A DNA stretch of 48,330 nt from Phoronis australis (GCA_002633005.1 NMRA01000895.1:1-48330), one strand, 5' to 3'; shown: positions 23,383 through 38,300, numbered from the stretch's first letter. Translations and numbers: made by a program. The notes: a model not told the origin generated them from the sequence alone.

Positions 23383-26300
23383 GACGGACGAACAGCTTAC
23401 GATGTCTGTGGCGAAAATCCTCTTTGGTTATTTAACAAGATCGATGATGAGACTATCGAAACAATAAAGAATGTTCTTGAGGTAGGTAGTAGTGAAAAAA
23501 ACAGTAGATTCTGGTTACGAAGAATATATCGCTGTTTTTTGTGATTTATTTCATAAGCGTCGTGTCAGAATCAATTACTTGAAGGAATCTCGTTAACGTT
23601 GTCATTAATTGTCGAACCACCAAAATAAAACAACTCCCTTGTATTAGGGTGATTCACAGCAAAAGATGACAGGAGTTATGTATACTAAAAGCATCACTCT
23701 AAAGAGCACCTAGTGTTGAATATACGGAAGTAAATATACCACACTGTGGAGTCCCAAGCGGTAGTCACCTGCATTATTGGTGTTCAGTGCAAGGGACCAG
23801 GGAACCGATATTGCATGATATTATTGCTGAGTTTCTTCTAGTTAAGCTGGCTTAACTGAACATTAGCAACACTACCATATAAGACATTTCACTTTGATAA
23901 CTAAAATGTAGATCTGACACAGTACCGTTTACCGCTAGGATTCTATTTCAATCGGAGCTAGTGCGCCAACATGAACCAAACAGCACGTTTCCGTGACGTG
24001 ACTGTCAATTCTGTTTACATTTCGTTCACTTTAGTAATTCTTGATGAAATGAAGCGACAAAATGGCTGGAATAATCCAATAGACCAAATAGAGACCTGCT
24101 GAAAACTTTGATCAAATTTCCAATCTACACTGTACAGCTCAATTAGCGACATAGCATCAACGACTTAATTATCGTCTTTCATTAATATATAGTGCCATTT
24201 TATAAGGTTTTTCATGTCTCAGTGACTGCCAGTCTTGGACATTTTACTGTCTCTTTCAATCACTCAGAGTTTCGTGTTTTTCTATAGCTTTTAACGCCCA
24301 AGTATACGCGACGGACGCCTACCGCTTCAACTCATCAGACGTCGCAAAATCATTATCTCGTTCAAACCTGGCAACAATGTGCATTATGCAACACATTGTA
24401 AGTCTAAATGCCGTCACATCATGTTTGGTCAGTGGCCATGGGCTACACAGAAAACGATAGATGGAAATATCTACATTAACTGCTATACACCAAAAACCCT
24501 GTTTCAGATGTTGTTATTCTGTGAAATTTTGAACATTCTGTACACCATTGGGCTTGAATATAGCCTATTATATTCTCGAAAACGCTTCAAGAACGAAGAT
24601 TAAAACCTTCTGAAATGAAGGATTTGATCCAAAACATGCATTAATGTTTTTGCGTATCCTAACTATAATTAGATAGAAACACTTATGCTGGACACGCTAA
24701 GTAGATTTCATGCACTGGTGTTTCGCATCAGTTGTCTGAATTCTTCTAAATTGGCGCCATCACCCATCATATTTTATCCCCAATATGAAAGAGGGCCAAT
24801 TTTACAGAAACCGATGTTATTTTTAAATATTCCAGATGGTAATCATTCCACCTATTGCAAAAATCACTGATATGTCGTGTTACTGTTTTTACCTGACTTT
24901 TTCGTGCAGCCACTCTTTTTGTCTTCGCAATGAAATGACAAAATTGGCTCAAATACTCGATATGTACTTGTATTGTTTGTACGACGGTAGTGTTTATTCA
25001 TGAACGCTAAATGTAAAGTTTTCAAGGCGTGTTTTTTAGCATCCTGTTCTGAATGGTTATTTACGTTACTTATATAACTCACTGTAATTCCCAGAAACAC
25101 ATGAGACAAAGAAGTCACGGAAAAGAACGGCTACAAAGAGGTGGTGGCAGTGAAGTACGCCAGCGTGCCGCGAAAGTAGCGGCTAAGGGTTATTCCTACC
25201 GAAGTTTTGGAGCTGGTGAGTCCGAAAAGAACTAACGTCGCACTCAACAACTTTTGCTGATTTGGGGCTAGAACAAATATTAACACCAACAGTCCATTTC
25301 ATAAGGTGTACAAATCCTGAAAATGTGAACAGTATACACGGGAGAAGACGTTAAAAATCTTGCACACAGTGTATTGGAAGTTATTTCAATGTCAAATTTT
25401 CATCTTAAATGTACGACATTTCCACCCCAACGGCACCATTTGCTTGTGATTACTACGAACTTGTAACGTCAAAACCCTGCACTTTACGATAGTCAGGTGA
25501 AAAGTGGGTGTTCGCATGATACCTGAATCTCAAATTCCTGCTTTCAATCAATGAACTTCTCATAAAAGCCGCAGAGCTTCAACTGAGCAATATGTCGCTG
25601 CACGACATATATTTAAACTATTAGTTTCATTTGTTTTGTTGTCGGACAGGTCACTATTTGAGCCGTTAACGGTTTTGGTACATCCCGAAACATGACTGGC
25701 AGGTACATTGTACATACACATGTCAAGAATAGTCCTTGGGTTCTTTGAGCGTAACGGGTTAGCGACAACGAACAAATTTTCAGCACATCTAATCAATGAA
25801 GGATGCTGCTAAACCTCTATGGACAGCAGAAATAACTCATTTTTAACATAGTACATCCGTCATCAGGTATGCGATCCCACAGCTAGCTGATAAAAAGGAA
25901 AGATGCCCAGATTCCCTCCTCCCCCGCGTGCAGCATGGGCGTGCCAAAACCTTTTGCCTCCCATGGACAAGTTCAATCCGCAAACTGACCAGCCTTGCTA
26001 TCGCTCACCAATCTCTTTGAAGCGAAATCATTGGCAGAGACGTATAATACGCGTCTGTAAGAGAGGGACACCATCCGCTGGAAAATCAATGTGTGTGTGT
26101 AGGAAAGTCTGGTTACCGTGTACTTTGGAATCACATGCAACGGAATCTTCTAGTCATTTACTACATTTTGCGAAACATTTCTGTTCAAAAGCCGCGCATC
26201 AATGCCCATGCACCAAAGCTCCGCTATTAGGAGTGGCCTGAAACTTAAGCGTATGCGCTGAATTGCGACGCTTTATTGTTAAACAAGACAATTTCACAAA

Positions 26301-29300
26301 ACCAGTCTTTATCGTGTATTTTTTCCAAGTTGCATAATGAGATATTATATCATAATTATAAACTCTTATTCATGTACTTCCCAATTGTCGACCGTTGTCA
26401 TCGTTGAGCTTAGTGCTGTGTGTTTCTATAAGTTGTAGCGCGTTTTGGTAAAAGTTTCCTCCACCGTGGCTAAAGTATTCCTCTAATACAATGTAAAATT
26501 AACATTGTTATGACAATTTAAAAAGTTGTGACAATCTGTGCCTTCAACCTTGACCCAGAATGTCACAGTTTTGAAATTGTGACTTTTCTGGATGTTGTGA
26601 CAATTAAACCTGAATAAGTAATCACGAAAAGTTCTCAAAATTTACCCAAGTGTTTGCTCAAGCACAAGAGTTGTGCGATAGAGTTCAGTCCCTCGACGAT
26701 TACTTTGGAGGTCTTGGTCAATTGAGGACATTGGTGTTCTATGTTAGGAACCTGCTTCTAACGAGCATATTCCTAAGATTGGGAGGCTAACTGTAGATCA
26801 GACGGGGCCTCACAGGAAAACCCCTAGTTAAGTACTCATCGTCTCTAACAGCGGACTGAGTTCATCGAAAATCCTATTCAGAGCTCCATTCACACCGAAA
26901 TGAAAAGTAGTGACAAAAGGAATGAACATGTTCTTACTTTGCTTATCCATCTGGTCGTTGGGAACCAGTGCTGTAGTGGTAAAATTTGAGGTAAGTAAGC
27001 GCCCAAAGCCCACAGCATCACCTTCAGCACTGAACTTAACTTACGATGCGTAGGCGCTACGTTCAAATGCCAAAAGGGGGTTGACTGCGCCTTCGTGCGG
27101 CTACGCCCCACTACAGCTTTGTTAGAGACTAGGGGTTCCTCCCTTGAAATTGATTGTACCTTGGGCCGAGTGCTAGATACCAAACGTGGTTCGTAACCCG
27201 TATCAGCGAACCTAGTGAACAACACTCTAATTTCTCTACAGAAATCTGCCGCATCATCACGTTGTCTATTGTATGTCGCTATGTGGTCTCCTGTGCCCTT
27301 TTATTTTAGTCTAGACGCATTTCTGGAAAATGTGCATGTTAGAGGCATTTTTTAGTAAAAGTGAAGAACCCACCTTTTTAGCATAATTATGGTATGCTGA
27401 TTTCGATTATGCCTGTTCCCATGCTGGATTTTGAGTTTTTGACCATCTAATTTGCATAAACAAAATGGCCGCCAAACCAACAAGATAAGAAACATTCGTA
27501 AGATCAGGAGTACAATATGTGACGAATAATTAGGAAATTTTTGCTTCAAAAACATAATGTAAATGTGTTTAGATCACTTAAATTTAAGAGCATATTAATT
27601 AACGTCATTAAATTCCCCAATTATGCTAATTAGCTTCCGCCATTACCAAAAAATTCAAATTTCGGTGTAACTTTATCAATTTGCAGGCAACATGACAACT
27701 AAGGTGTCTATACCTATCTTTTGAAGGTCTAGAAAAATCATTATGACACATGTGAAGCTTTTTATTTCATCTTCACTAAGTTACAAATGTTCATTAATAA
27801 AGTCTGAAAATTAAATTAGAAATCATAATTATCAATGCTTTTTTGCGAACATCTCACTATTTAGATAAGACATAAAAGTATTGTAAACCAAACAACATGA
27901 CTTTTAAATACTGTTGTAAAGAGATGCATGGCCATATTGTCCCATTTTGGACAGGAACATACCGTCCTCACAGTCGACCAAGCACTCTGCTGCAGATTAA
28001 TGGAGCTTACGTGGTCGGTCCCAGAATACCAAAATATGTTAATACAGTACCTCATTAGTGGTTCTTCACTATCAATGAACTTTATTAAGGCCATAGAAGA
28101 TCACATGAGTGATTCCGGAATAGCTGAGGTGTGAATAGAGAGTGCAGTACTTGGTCAAGACCTATGGAACTGGTCCTTATTGAAAAGTTGTACTGCAAAG
28201 CTACAGTATGAGGGCACACAAACTGTCTTTGCAAGCTCTGTGGCATCTCCTGCATGTGTCAAGCTTTCTCTCGTTTATTGCAGAAGCGACTGTCATGCTT
28301 GTATTACCAGTATGTCTGCAGATGATGATCCAGAGTTTTTAACATTTCTCAATTAGGATAAGTTCAGGAAACTCCTGGGCATTTTGTCAACAGTAGTTCT
28401 GATGATGTGAATTTCAGCTTCTGGTGGAGTTAGATGTACATGGTTCCAATATTGTTAAAGGACACATGCTCTTAACGGGATGGTATTTTGGAACTGCATC
28501 TCTATTCATTTGCTCTCGTGCTGCCTCACCGAATTATGCCCGAGTGGGGTGCGGTCTTTTTAGCGGAAATACATCAGCTTCCACAGTCTGGTCAGAGTTT
28601 CAAGCAGGAAATTTTGTAGTCAAGTGATCTCCTCATATGCTCTGTCAGGTAGATGCTGACCAATGGGTAAATGGGGCAGGCAAAAAGGAGGTGGTATCAT
28701 CGGTAATACCAAAACCTCGTCAGCTCTATGGATGTGGACACTCTCATTTAATCTGAAATCTCATATAGCTGAACAAACTTACTGCTGTGGGAGTACATAG
28801 TTTCATAACGAATCCACGAGGCAACTGTTGAGAGTTCCCTTCTTTACGCATTCCATGGATTGAAGGTCTTCTCGTCCGCAAGGCCTTAGCTGCTACAAAG
28901 CCTTGCAACAAAAGACCTAGCAACAGCACTAATCCAAGAGTCACTTTTACATGCCAAGGAACTTGGTCACGAACAAACTAAGAAATTTGTTCGAGACCGA
29001 TTATCACTGAGCAATGCGATAATTCAGACATGTCAATTCACGCGCCTATGCGCAAAAATAATGCCCCAACATTTGTCAACTTACATGATGTGGTGAAACA
29101 ATCCAAAGACAAAGACAAGAAAATAGTTCTTAAGGCAGAGAAAGATATACTTCGCTGCCTAGCTACGGCTTATGAGGTGGGTCGGCTAGTTGATTTGCCG
29201 TCTGTGCCGAAACGCGAGCTTCTTCCCGTCCATGTTTTCTTACAGAAACGAGTGGCACATTGCGCACTGGAGATAAATCTCCACTTGATGAAGTATTAAT

Positions 29301-32300
29301 AGTTAACGCATCGACTGTCCTAAAAGAATTCAACTTCATGGCTCGCCCGCTTGCCCATTTTTGATGGTGAAGCATTGCTGGTAGCTCTTGGGAGGCTTGA
29401 TGGTGATGTGACCTTCGAGAACCTGGCTGATTCATTCATGAAAACAGTGCTAAACACAGGATTTCTATATCATATAATTGACGTTGTATTTGACAGATAC
29501 AGACAAGAAACTATGAAATACACAACAGGAAAACAGCGTAGTAAAGGAATACAGAAAATCAGGTGATTTTTGGAAGGCCGTGGTGTACCTCTTCCTCAAA
29601 ACTGGTCAAATTTTCGGGCACCGGCTGAGAATAAGAAAGACCTAGCACATTTCTTGTCAGAGGAACTGTGTTTGCAGACACCTGAAGTTAAAGAGTTTAT
29701 GGTTGCATGAGGGTTCAAAGATGAGCTGGAAGTAAATTAAATCATCTAAGGTTATGATTGATTTGAGGACTCTGAAATCCACACATGAAGAAGCAAATGC
29801 AAGACTGGTACTGCATGCTGTCCACAGTCAGTCGTATTTCCAGAGACACCCGATGTTCTATTGCTTCTGGTATCACACTTCCAACAAATGCAAAGTGAGC
29901 ATATCTGTATGATGTCAGGCACATCAAAGAAATGACGATATATACATATTGAAGCACTTTTCAACAAACTACGAAGAGACTCAGCAACATTCTTTTTTGC
30001 TTTTCATGCCGTGACCGGATTTGGCACCAACTCGTACTTTGCCAATCACATGAAACAATCATCATGGAAGGTGTTCCTAGAGCATCACAGATTGCTTAAG
30101 AACCCCTGCATTGGTGAAATCACTGAGCAAATTACGATGGCTTCAGAAGTATTTGTCTGCAGAATATACAACACGACCTGTAGATGTAGCACGCCATTTA
30201 CTATTCTCCAACCCCGTGAACCCAGAAGTCCTTCCCCCTCACCCATAATGCCCGCCGTTTCCATCTGATGTGAGTGCACTATCAGGTCAAGGTATGGCGA
30301 AATGATCATTGTTCCATACCTGAGCTCCCAGCACCCTCTGATATGGGGGGACACACACTAACTTATGCTTGCAGTCCATACTGATGACACAGAGTTCTAT
30401 CCCAGACAGGTGCCTAGAGATGGTATTGTGTGCATGCCAGAAACAACGCAACAGTAGACAATGCATATCATTATGCTCATGCCAGCAGCACATTCCTTGT
30501 ATGCAAACAGTTTGATTTGCCTGGCTTTAGGCATGTTAAAAAGTACAAAAAAGTGAATGCTAAAACTGTGTTTAGCAGGCCTGAAAATAATTCATGCAAA
30601 TGAGAATTTAATGTCTTCAATAACAACAACTATATTGATTTTTTATGAATGGAAGATAACGGGATAGTGAAAAACATTTGTCCTATATTCCATCAAACTA
30701 GTGACACCTTGCTTGACGAGCATTGCAGATTAATGACTATTTTTTCCCCATTCTGAAAGTATACATCTGTAACCCAATAAATATGAAATAAATTGCTCCA
30801 AAAATGTCTTTAGCATGTTTGTTGACCATGAAAATATAAGTATAAACAACTCATTTTTCAACTTAGCCTGCAGGAACACAAATTTTAGACGCAAATTACA
30901 TTGTATGGTAATGGCGGCACCTAATTTGCATAATTAGTTTTCAGAGTTGCATTTTTTAGTATTCATAAGTGATGTATTGCTCAAGAAGTATTTATAAGAA
31001 GTGTACAGGTGAGACATTTCACCATTTTAAATGGTATATGGTGACTTCTATTACAAAAATACATTCTGAACTTGACAATTTGGCCGCCATTTTGTTTATG
31101 CAAATTAGATGGTCAAAAATACAAAATTCGGCTTGGGAACAGGGTTAGTTGAATTCGCCATACCTTGTTTGTGTGAAAAAGTCTTGTTCCCAACTTTTCC
31201 TAAAAAATGCTTCTAGAACCTTATACAGGGCTCTTTTCAGGAAATGCGTCTAGACTATTTTAGAACCATCTATATGTACTCAGCAGTCTATAGCACACCC
31301 TTGACAAAGAGCGCATCGACGCCACTCGGGCGATAATTCTCCAAAATCCACTCGGGCTCTAGATAACGGGGCATAACGACTTCGCCATGTAATAATCTAT
31401 ATATATTTTAGTACAGACGCTCGTCGTTTTAGTTTTGCTATTTCATATTTTTATTCGTCGGTAACTGCACCGCATTCCAACAACTATTTGATTTGAATAA
31501 TTCCCACTTAGCAAGAAACATTCGTATAGTTACGCTGCTAGTCGGCGGAGCCGGACCGCCTGGCCTGGCTGCCGTGCGCGGCCAACTGTGGTCTTCGTGG
31601 CAAGGTGAAAACATTAATTAGCTACCCGGCCCTGAATGATTGAAATTCCCGTGACAAAGGGATTACAAAATACTGCGTCTTGCTCCTAACACTGCAATAG
31701 TTTCCAATCGTCGACATTCAGCTCACTGACAAAAATTCACCACACTCCCCCGCCCAGGTTTGCTGCGCGGAATTATATATTGTAATATTGTTTTTGTGAG
31801 GTTTGAAAATATATTTTCCCTGATAATTGAAAATCAGAACCAATTTAGCAAGTGATAAATTTTCTGTGGAAGTGTCACGACCACTGCAGGCCTGGAATTA
31901 CCGATACTTCGCAACTTACCGTGTCCTGGCAGCAAAATCAAGCAGAGATGGGGAGCTGACTGTTTTGGAATAAAATTTGTTTTGTTTCTGGAAACATCGT
32001 CGTATGCGGATGTTTTTTTTTCTATTTTACATGATTGTTAAACTATCAGTCAACCCAGTGTCGATTTGCTGCCAATCAGTTACGAACTGCACTCACACGT
32101 CCGGGTTTTCACTGTGACACGGCATTTGCTCCCTCCAGGCTGGTACTTTGCATCAATTTCAAGATATGGCGATAAAGATAAAACATGTGTTGATCTAGAA
32201 ACTTTTTTCCTGTAATCTATTTCCGAAACGGGTATTGTGGCTAATTTGGCTGACCTCAGTAGCCAAGAGGTGGCTACGCCGGAAACTTCACGACGGTACT

Positions 32301-35300
32301 TCGCAAACGTATAAATATATATATTAGATTCCATTCGAATATGCAATGAAAAAGTAAAATTAGAACAATAAGTAATCATGTTTGTATAAAAAAAACAAAA
32401 TGAGAATCAAAAACAGTCAAAGTAACGACGCTTTTACGCTAACGGTGATGTCAATACGCTTTCAAGGACAACATGCCTGACATTCAGGAATCGTTCCTGA
32501 ACTGACACACCGGAGATCAGGTCACGAAAATAGAAGTGAATACTATTCACTTCTGTTTTGTAGCTCGGCCGAAAATCAACTATTATAGTCGATGATTTTC
32601 GGCAGGGGTACGAAATTGGGCAAAAAGTCTTTTAGTTTGATAACAGAAAGGAAAGGATGTCACATAATATATTTTAAAGTTTTTGAACTAGAATTACCTT
32701 TGAGATGTGGACATTAAGAATCGTGTGGAATTCTCCCTCAGAATTTTTATCAAGAAATGGTTCTATCCAACACCTGTTCCATTTTCACCTATTTTCCACA
32801 AGAAATGCTTTGAGGCAGTTAGCACTTAACATCTACTGGTTGTATGGGGGAAGTGTTTGTGCAATGGTTCCTCTTTTATGTAATGAAGGCTACCTTAGTT
32901 TTCAACGTGTAGTGATTAACAACTTCCACTGAGTGCTTATTAACGATACAAATATCATTCACTCTAATCCTCAGAAACACACGAGACAAAAAGGTCACTT
33001 AAAAAAATCGAAGAATGTAGCAGTGGCAGTGAAGTTCGACAAGGTGCGACGGAATTAGCGACTGCGGGCTCATCCGACCACACTTTAGAAACGAGTGCTG
33101 GTGAGTGTGTACTCAACAATTTTTGCGGACTTGGTGCTTGAAAAACCAGGTGGGGTCAGGTGTAACAGTCTGTTCCACAGGGTGACCAAAAACTGAAACA
33201 GTGTGCTGCGGGTAAAAAGGATAAAAAGCAGAACATATTCAAAAGTTAACCAAATGCTATTTGTATCCTTCAGCTGCCGCACATGCGTTCACCCAAACTA
33301 AATCCGGGGGATCGATTTTTTGATAATGTGGACCTTTTAGTATTCTCATTTGTTTGGATATTCTTCTCATTTTCTACATATTTTACATTATTCGTTTCTC
33401 AGAGGGACCTTTTTACCTACCTGACTTCGCCAAATTCGAGCCCTGCTAGCACCGTGGATGAAGTAAACAACACAAAGTTAAAATTACCAGCCAACCCTGC
33501 AGTTGCCAATTTTTAATGGAATTGAACTTTTGGTGCAAAAACTATTTGATGTGAGACTTATGTCAATCTATGATTTGCAAGATGGGTCTATGTCAAGCAG
33601 ACCGCAAAATCACTTTCACATACTTGTCAGTTAAGTTCCACATAACTTTAAAGTATCGGTACTTGACTGGAGATATATGTTGACCATAATGATTTTCTGT
33701 TGAGATTATTGCTCTGATCAAGGTCTATTTCAAGCAAGTTTCCCATTGGAAGCTATGAATGGCACACATTCTTATTACATTAGGCGCTTTCTCGTAGGTA
33801 TAATCTTTAGAAGGCTTCTTTAATATTACAGGTGTTATTTCATGTAAACTGTAAGATATCCCCTATTATCTCGTCCCTTAAAACATAGACATTTGCCGTG
33901 AATTATTAACTCCTGCGTGTAACCTGTATATTAAATTTTAGAGCTTATGAGCCCGAGACCTTAGGTGCGAGAGTTTGCACTGTGAATCACCGATTGTCTG
34001 CTTTATTGGGTTTTGAGTTGAAGTTGTCAAATTATAAACCTGATTACAATTTTTCAGTTTCATTTTGTAATTTTTGTTCGTCAAGCGATACTTGTGATGC
34101 TTGAGTTATTATTAGTTTATTTGACAATATGCAAACTTACAATAATAAGTACAGTAATAGGTACAGAATGTAAATAACACTATCTGGATAGCACCAAAAA
34201 ACTTATTCCTATGGTGGTCCATACCCAAATTCAAAAATTAAAGAAAACATATATTAGAAATAAATATTAGATTATGAATACCTATACAGGAGAAAAGACA
34301 TACGAGATAGAAAATAGGTATAGATGAAAACAGCCGAAAAGGCTGAAGACTGAAATGACATGATATTTGACAGCAAAAAAGCAAATGAAAAAAATGACAT
34401 TAATAAAAAAATCGAAGATACAAATGTACATTATGCTTCCCTCCATCAATAAAAATTATTTGGTTTGTCGTTTAAAATTATTCAAATGTGTAATGTATTT
34501 CTTGTGGCCAGCAAGTGAATTCCAAACACGCATGGTTGAGTTTAAACAAGTTTTGGATGGTGTTTTCTAACTCTTAGCTGCGTAAACCACCATTGCTCCT
34601 TTTACTTCTGTGAGCATGGCGTGATTTATACTCTGAAGTGATCAAGGTCCTTAGGAGATAATTTAGGCCTTTGCCATGAATAATTTTGTGAATAACGTGG
34701 AGATTGAGTTGGTTAATTCAATTTTCAATATTTAGGTGTAAATTGAGAAAACATCTAATTATTTTGTTTTGAAATACCTGCAGCCTTTTTCGAAGTCAAA
34801 CTAGTTAACCAGGAAAACCAGCTCGAAGAAGCCTAATCAAACAATCGAATTCTTAGTGAATTGCATAGGGTTTCACGTGAAGTAAGATTGAAACACCCTC
34901 TATGTCTGTTCATAGATTTTAATCTGCAGTTATATTTATATTTATAATAATAGACTTGACAGTCCCCTCAAAACAGAGCTTGCAATCCATTTGGAGACGA
35001 GGATAACGAGGATGAACATGAAGTGATAATACTACCATTACATTTAAATCCACATAGTTTTATTAACTATGAATAACTGATTGAGTTTTATCAGCATGAA
35101 AAGATAGGTTGTTGTCAATAAATCAACCACATGATTATATCTATATCATGGGTAAGAATGTGCGTACAGAAGAAGATTACAGCCAACTACATGTTTTATT
35201 TCAATGACCTGCATGAGAAATAACAAGGGGCCTAGAACAGAACGCATGTCATCGCTTAAAGTAGTATGTCAACATGCTGGACTCAGGTTCAACTAGACTC

Positions 35301-38300
35301 TAACCATTTGGCAGAACTCTGTGTAAGACCAATATATTTAATTTATCAATCAAAATATCATGATTTGTCGTGTCTACAGCCTTCTGTCTATTTCCAGAAT
35401 GGTATTCATAGCGCAAATTCAAAATCACTTATTCAAACGTGCTAAACACTAACATGAACAATGAAGTGATCACCCATAATCTCTAAAACACTATGAAGCA
35501 AATACACCTCCGAAATTTAGTGACCATCGTTTCAATTCTTCCCAACCATTGACATATCTCACTTCTATCCCTTTAGCAATCATTGATGGAGCAGCTGGTG
35601 GTGTTATTCAGTGGAAAGAGATTGGACTTAAAATACCGCCGAATGCAATAGCTGGACACATAAAAGTTGAAATAGTAGACCAGCAGTTATTAGTGCAAGC
35701 AGTACATGACATCACGGAAGGCAAGGCTCTCCTCCATCGCCAGAGGATTTGGGTGACTGGTGCGAATGAACATGCAACATTCTCTGAGCCGGTAGAAGTG
35801 CGAGTGAATGTTAGATCAATGTTGGAAGCAGCGAGTGATATTCGACTAGACAGTCAGGGCTTTCATATATTGCGCGAAAAAAATGGTGAGATAACCGACG
35901 TTACAGAAGACTGTAACATCAGGATGCATGGGGAGGAAGTAGTGTACTACTGTAAGACTTTTAGTGACCTTCATGTTGTATTTTTGTACACTGCAAATCT
36001 TCTGAGATTCATCAAAAATATTATCAAAACGTCATACAAGTGCAAGATATGCCCGTACATAGAAGGTGGACAAAATGGAGGACTGGCAGTCAGTCTGTAT
36101 TGTCACGGCGTAAACGTCAGATGTTCTGGTGACCTTACACACACATGTATGTCAGAAATCAGGTGCTTGAGAGATAATGCACGGCTCCACTTTAAAGCTA
36201 AGTGCCTGGGCAGTAAGACTAATAAAGAAGAACACATATCTGCTGATGTTGAGCTTGACCGGAAATCTTGTGAAAGTACAGGCACACATTTTGGTGAATC
36301 TAAGCATGACGTTAAACCTCTTGTGGCGGACACGGTTCAACTGGAGGTGGAAGAGTTAAACTATCACAAAACGCTGCTACGCAAGCCTGTGAAGGTTCAT
36401 GTAAGCATTTATTTTAATAGTTTTTGTGTTGATGAGCGAGTGCATATGTGTGAGCCTGGCTGCATGACGTGTATTAGAGTGCACAATTTTGGTAGATTCG
36501 TTGAAAGGATTTGAAGTGGCGGCGGTGAGAATGAGAAAGAAGTATCCCTTTGATCGGTTTTCGTGATCCAAAACCAATGTGACTGATCATCTGACTTTCA
36601 TACAGCTTGTGATTTCCTTGCTGCAACCCAACAATTCTATGTTGTACAAACACTTTTTGTTTTATACCTTGAGAAATACCAAACAAAGCCACATGGGCCG
36701 CGTTTTTTATTTTTGATTCAGACAATGTAGCCGAATCGACACAACATGTACGTAAACGTTATATTATGGGCCATGACTTAATGCTGCTTCGCCAAATTCT
36801 TTACTCCACCAATATTATCCTGCATCACAAATTATTTGCTATTGGCAACCATTTCCGCATCCTTGGCGTTTCCATTTTCTTACCCACCCCCTGCCCCTGC
36901 TTCGGGAGCGGGGAGCAAACATTGGGTTCGCAGTCACCAGGTAGACCTCAGGAAGGCTACGACCTCCCTTAGAAGCAGGACATTTCAAGATTGCGTGATT
37001 TGTTATTTCTTTAAATCAGAACGCGTGATTTGAGCTTGATTTAAGCGAAGTCCTAATGTGTGTCCTAGCGATTAGCAAACTAAATATTACCCCAGAAAGG
37101 TTCAATTGCTAGACCTGAACACGCTAATCGCAAACGAAACATGCTCTTATCAGAAAGCTTCTCAAAACAGAGATTTTATGTCTCAGAGGACATTGGCTAG
37201 TTTCATGTAAACAAACCCCATAATATATATACGTTTCCTGTATACTGAGGTTTTAATGTATGCTGATAGTTATCGTATTAAGCAAATTATGATGAATAAC
37301 GATTACAGTAATAAGTTTGTTGATGAGGATATGGAGCTTTTCATAAGTTGTTTGCACAAGCCTGTGTGTTTAAAACAACCAAGTGGTTGTACCAAGAAAC
37401 TATTCTACCGCAACCAATTCCATTCACGTTATATTGAAGATGAACGAGTTTTAAAATGGATCATCTATAATTATGTTAAGACCGTAAAGCCAGAAGATAG
37501 CCTTAAGTTAATTATACATTAACAAAACCATAAAACTAAAGACCTTGTTGTTAAAAACAATATATGCTCACAGAGTATGCCCGAGTGTTAGCCAAAACTG
37601 ACTTGATTTATCAGTTCAATTGCCCCAACAACGAATGTATTCGTTCAAACACTGATTGCTCAAGGTATGTCAGTTAAACAACTTGAATTTATCTGGCCGG
37701 TTATCTATGCATTTACAAAATAGATCAATTAAAGATCATTTTTAAACACTCCACAAACAGAAAATTTCTCGTTCAGATATTGTTGACATCACCATTGTCA
37801 GGTATTTCGAACGTGACTCCTTTCGTTTGAAAATACTCGAAGCTTTAATAATGAAGATACTGGGTTCCAACGTACCTTGTCGTTATATAAGTAATGTCCA
37901 TAAGTTGTAACACCTATGTATATGTATATGTATATGTATATGAATAAGTATATATATAATATGTATATGTAAAATATAAATCCATATAATTCATTTTGAT
38001 ATGGTCACCGGGGCGTGTGTTGGTCTGTTTGACTGATTTACCTCAAAGAGATGATACTGTATTAGTAACTATTAGTGTGTATGCAATTTTGTTTGGTTTT
38101 AGATGCATTCGGCTTGCGAAACGGAACCTGTTTCACCTCCAACCCGTGATATATCTGGTAAGCACTGCAACTTTACATAGGGTGAATTCGGTTCACCTTC
38201 GAAAGAAAGATAGTTTAGACATAATTGGTTTCGAAAAACCAAGATCTCGCGAAACTTTGCAAAATCAATCGATTGAAATGCCAGAGTTTGGCGATTATGC

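Noticed and set aside
33944-33964. Possible 21-nt phase 1-1 micro-exon (AYEPETL) in the DED gene
   Set aside because: Weak splice signals, and it is not needed to maintain frame.
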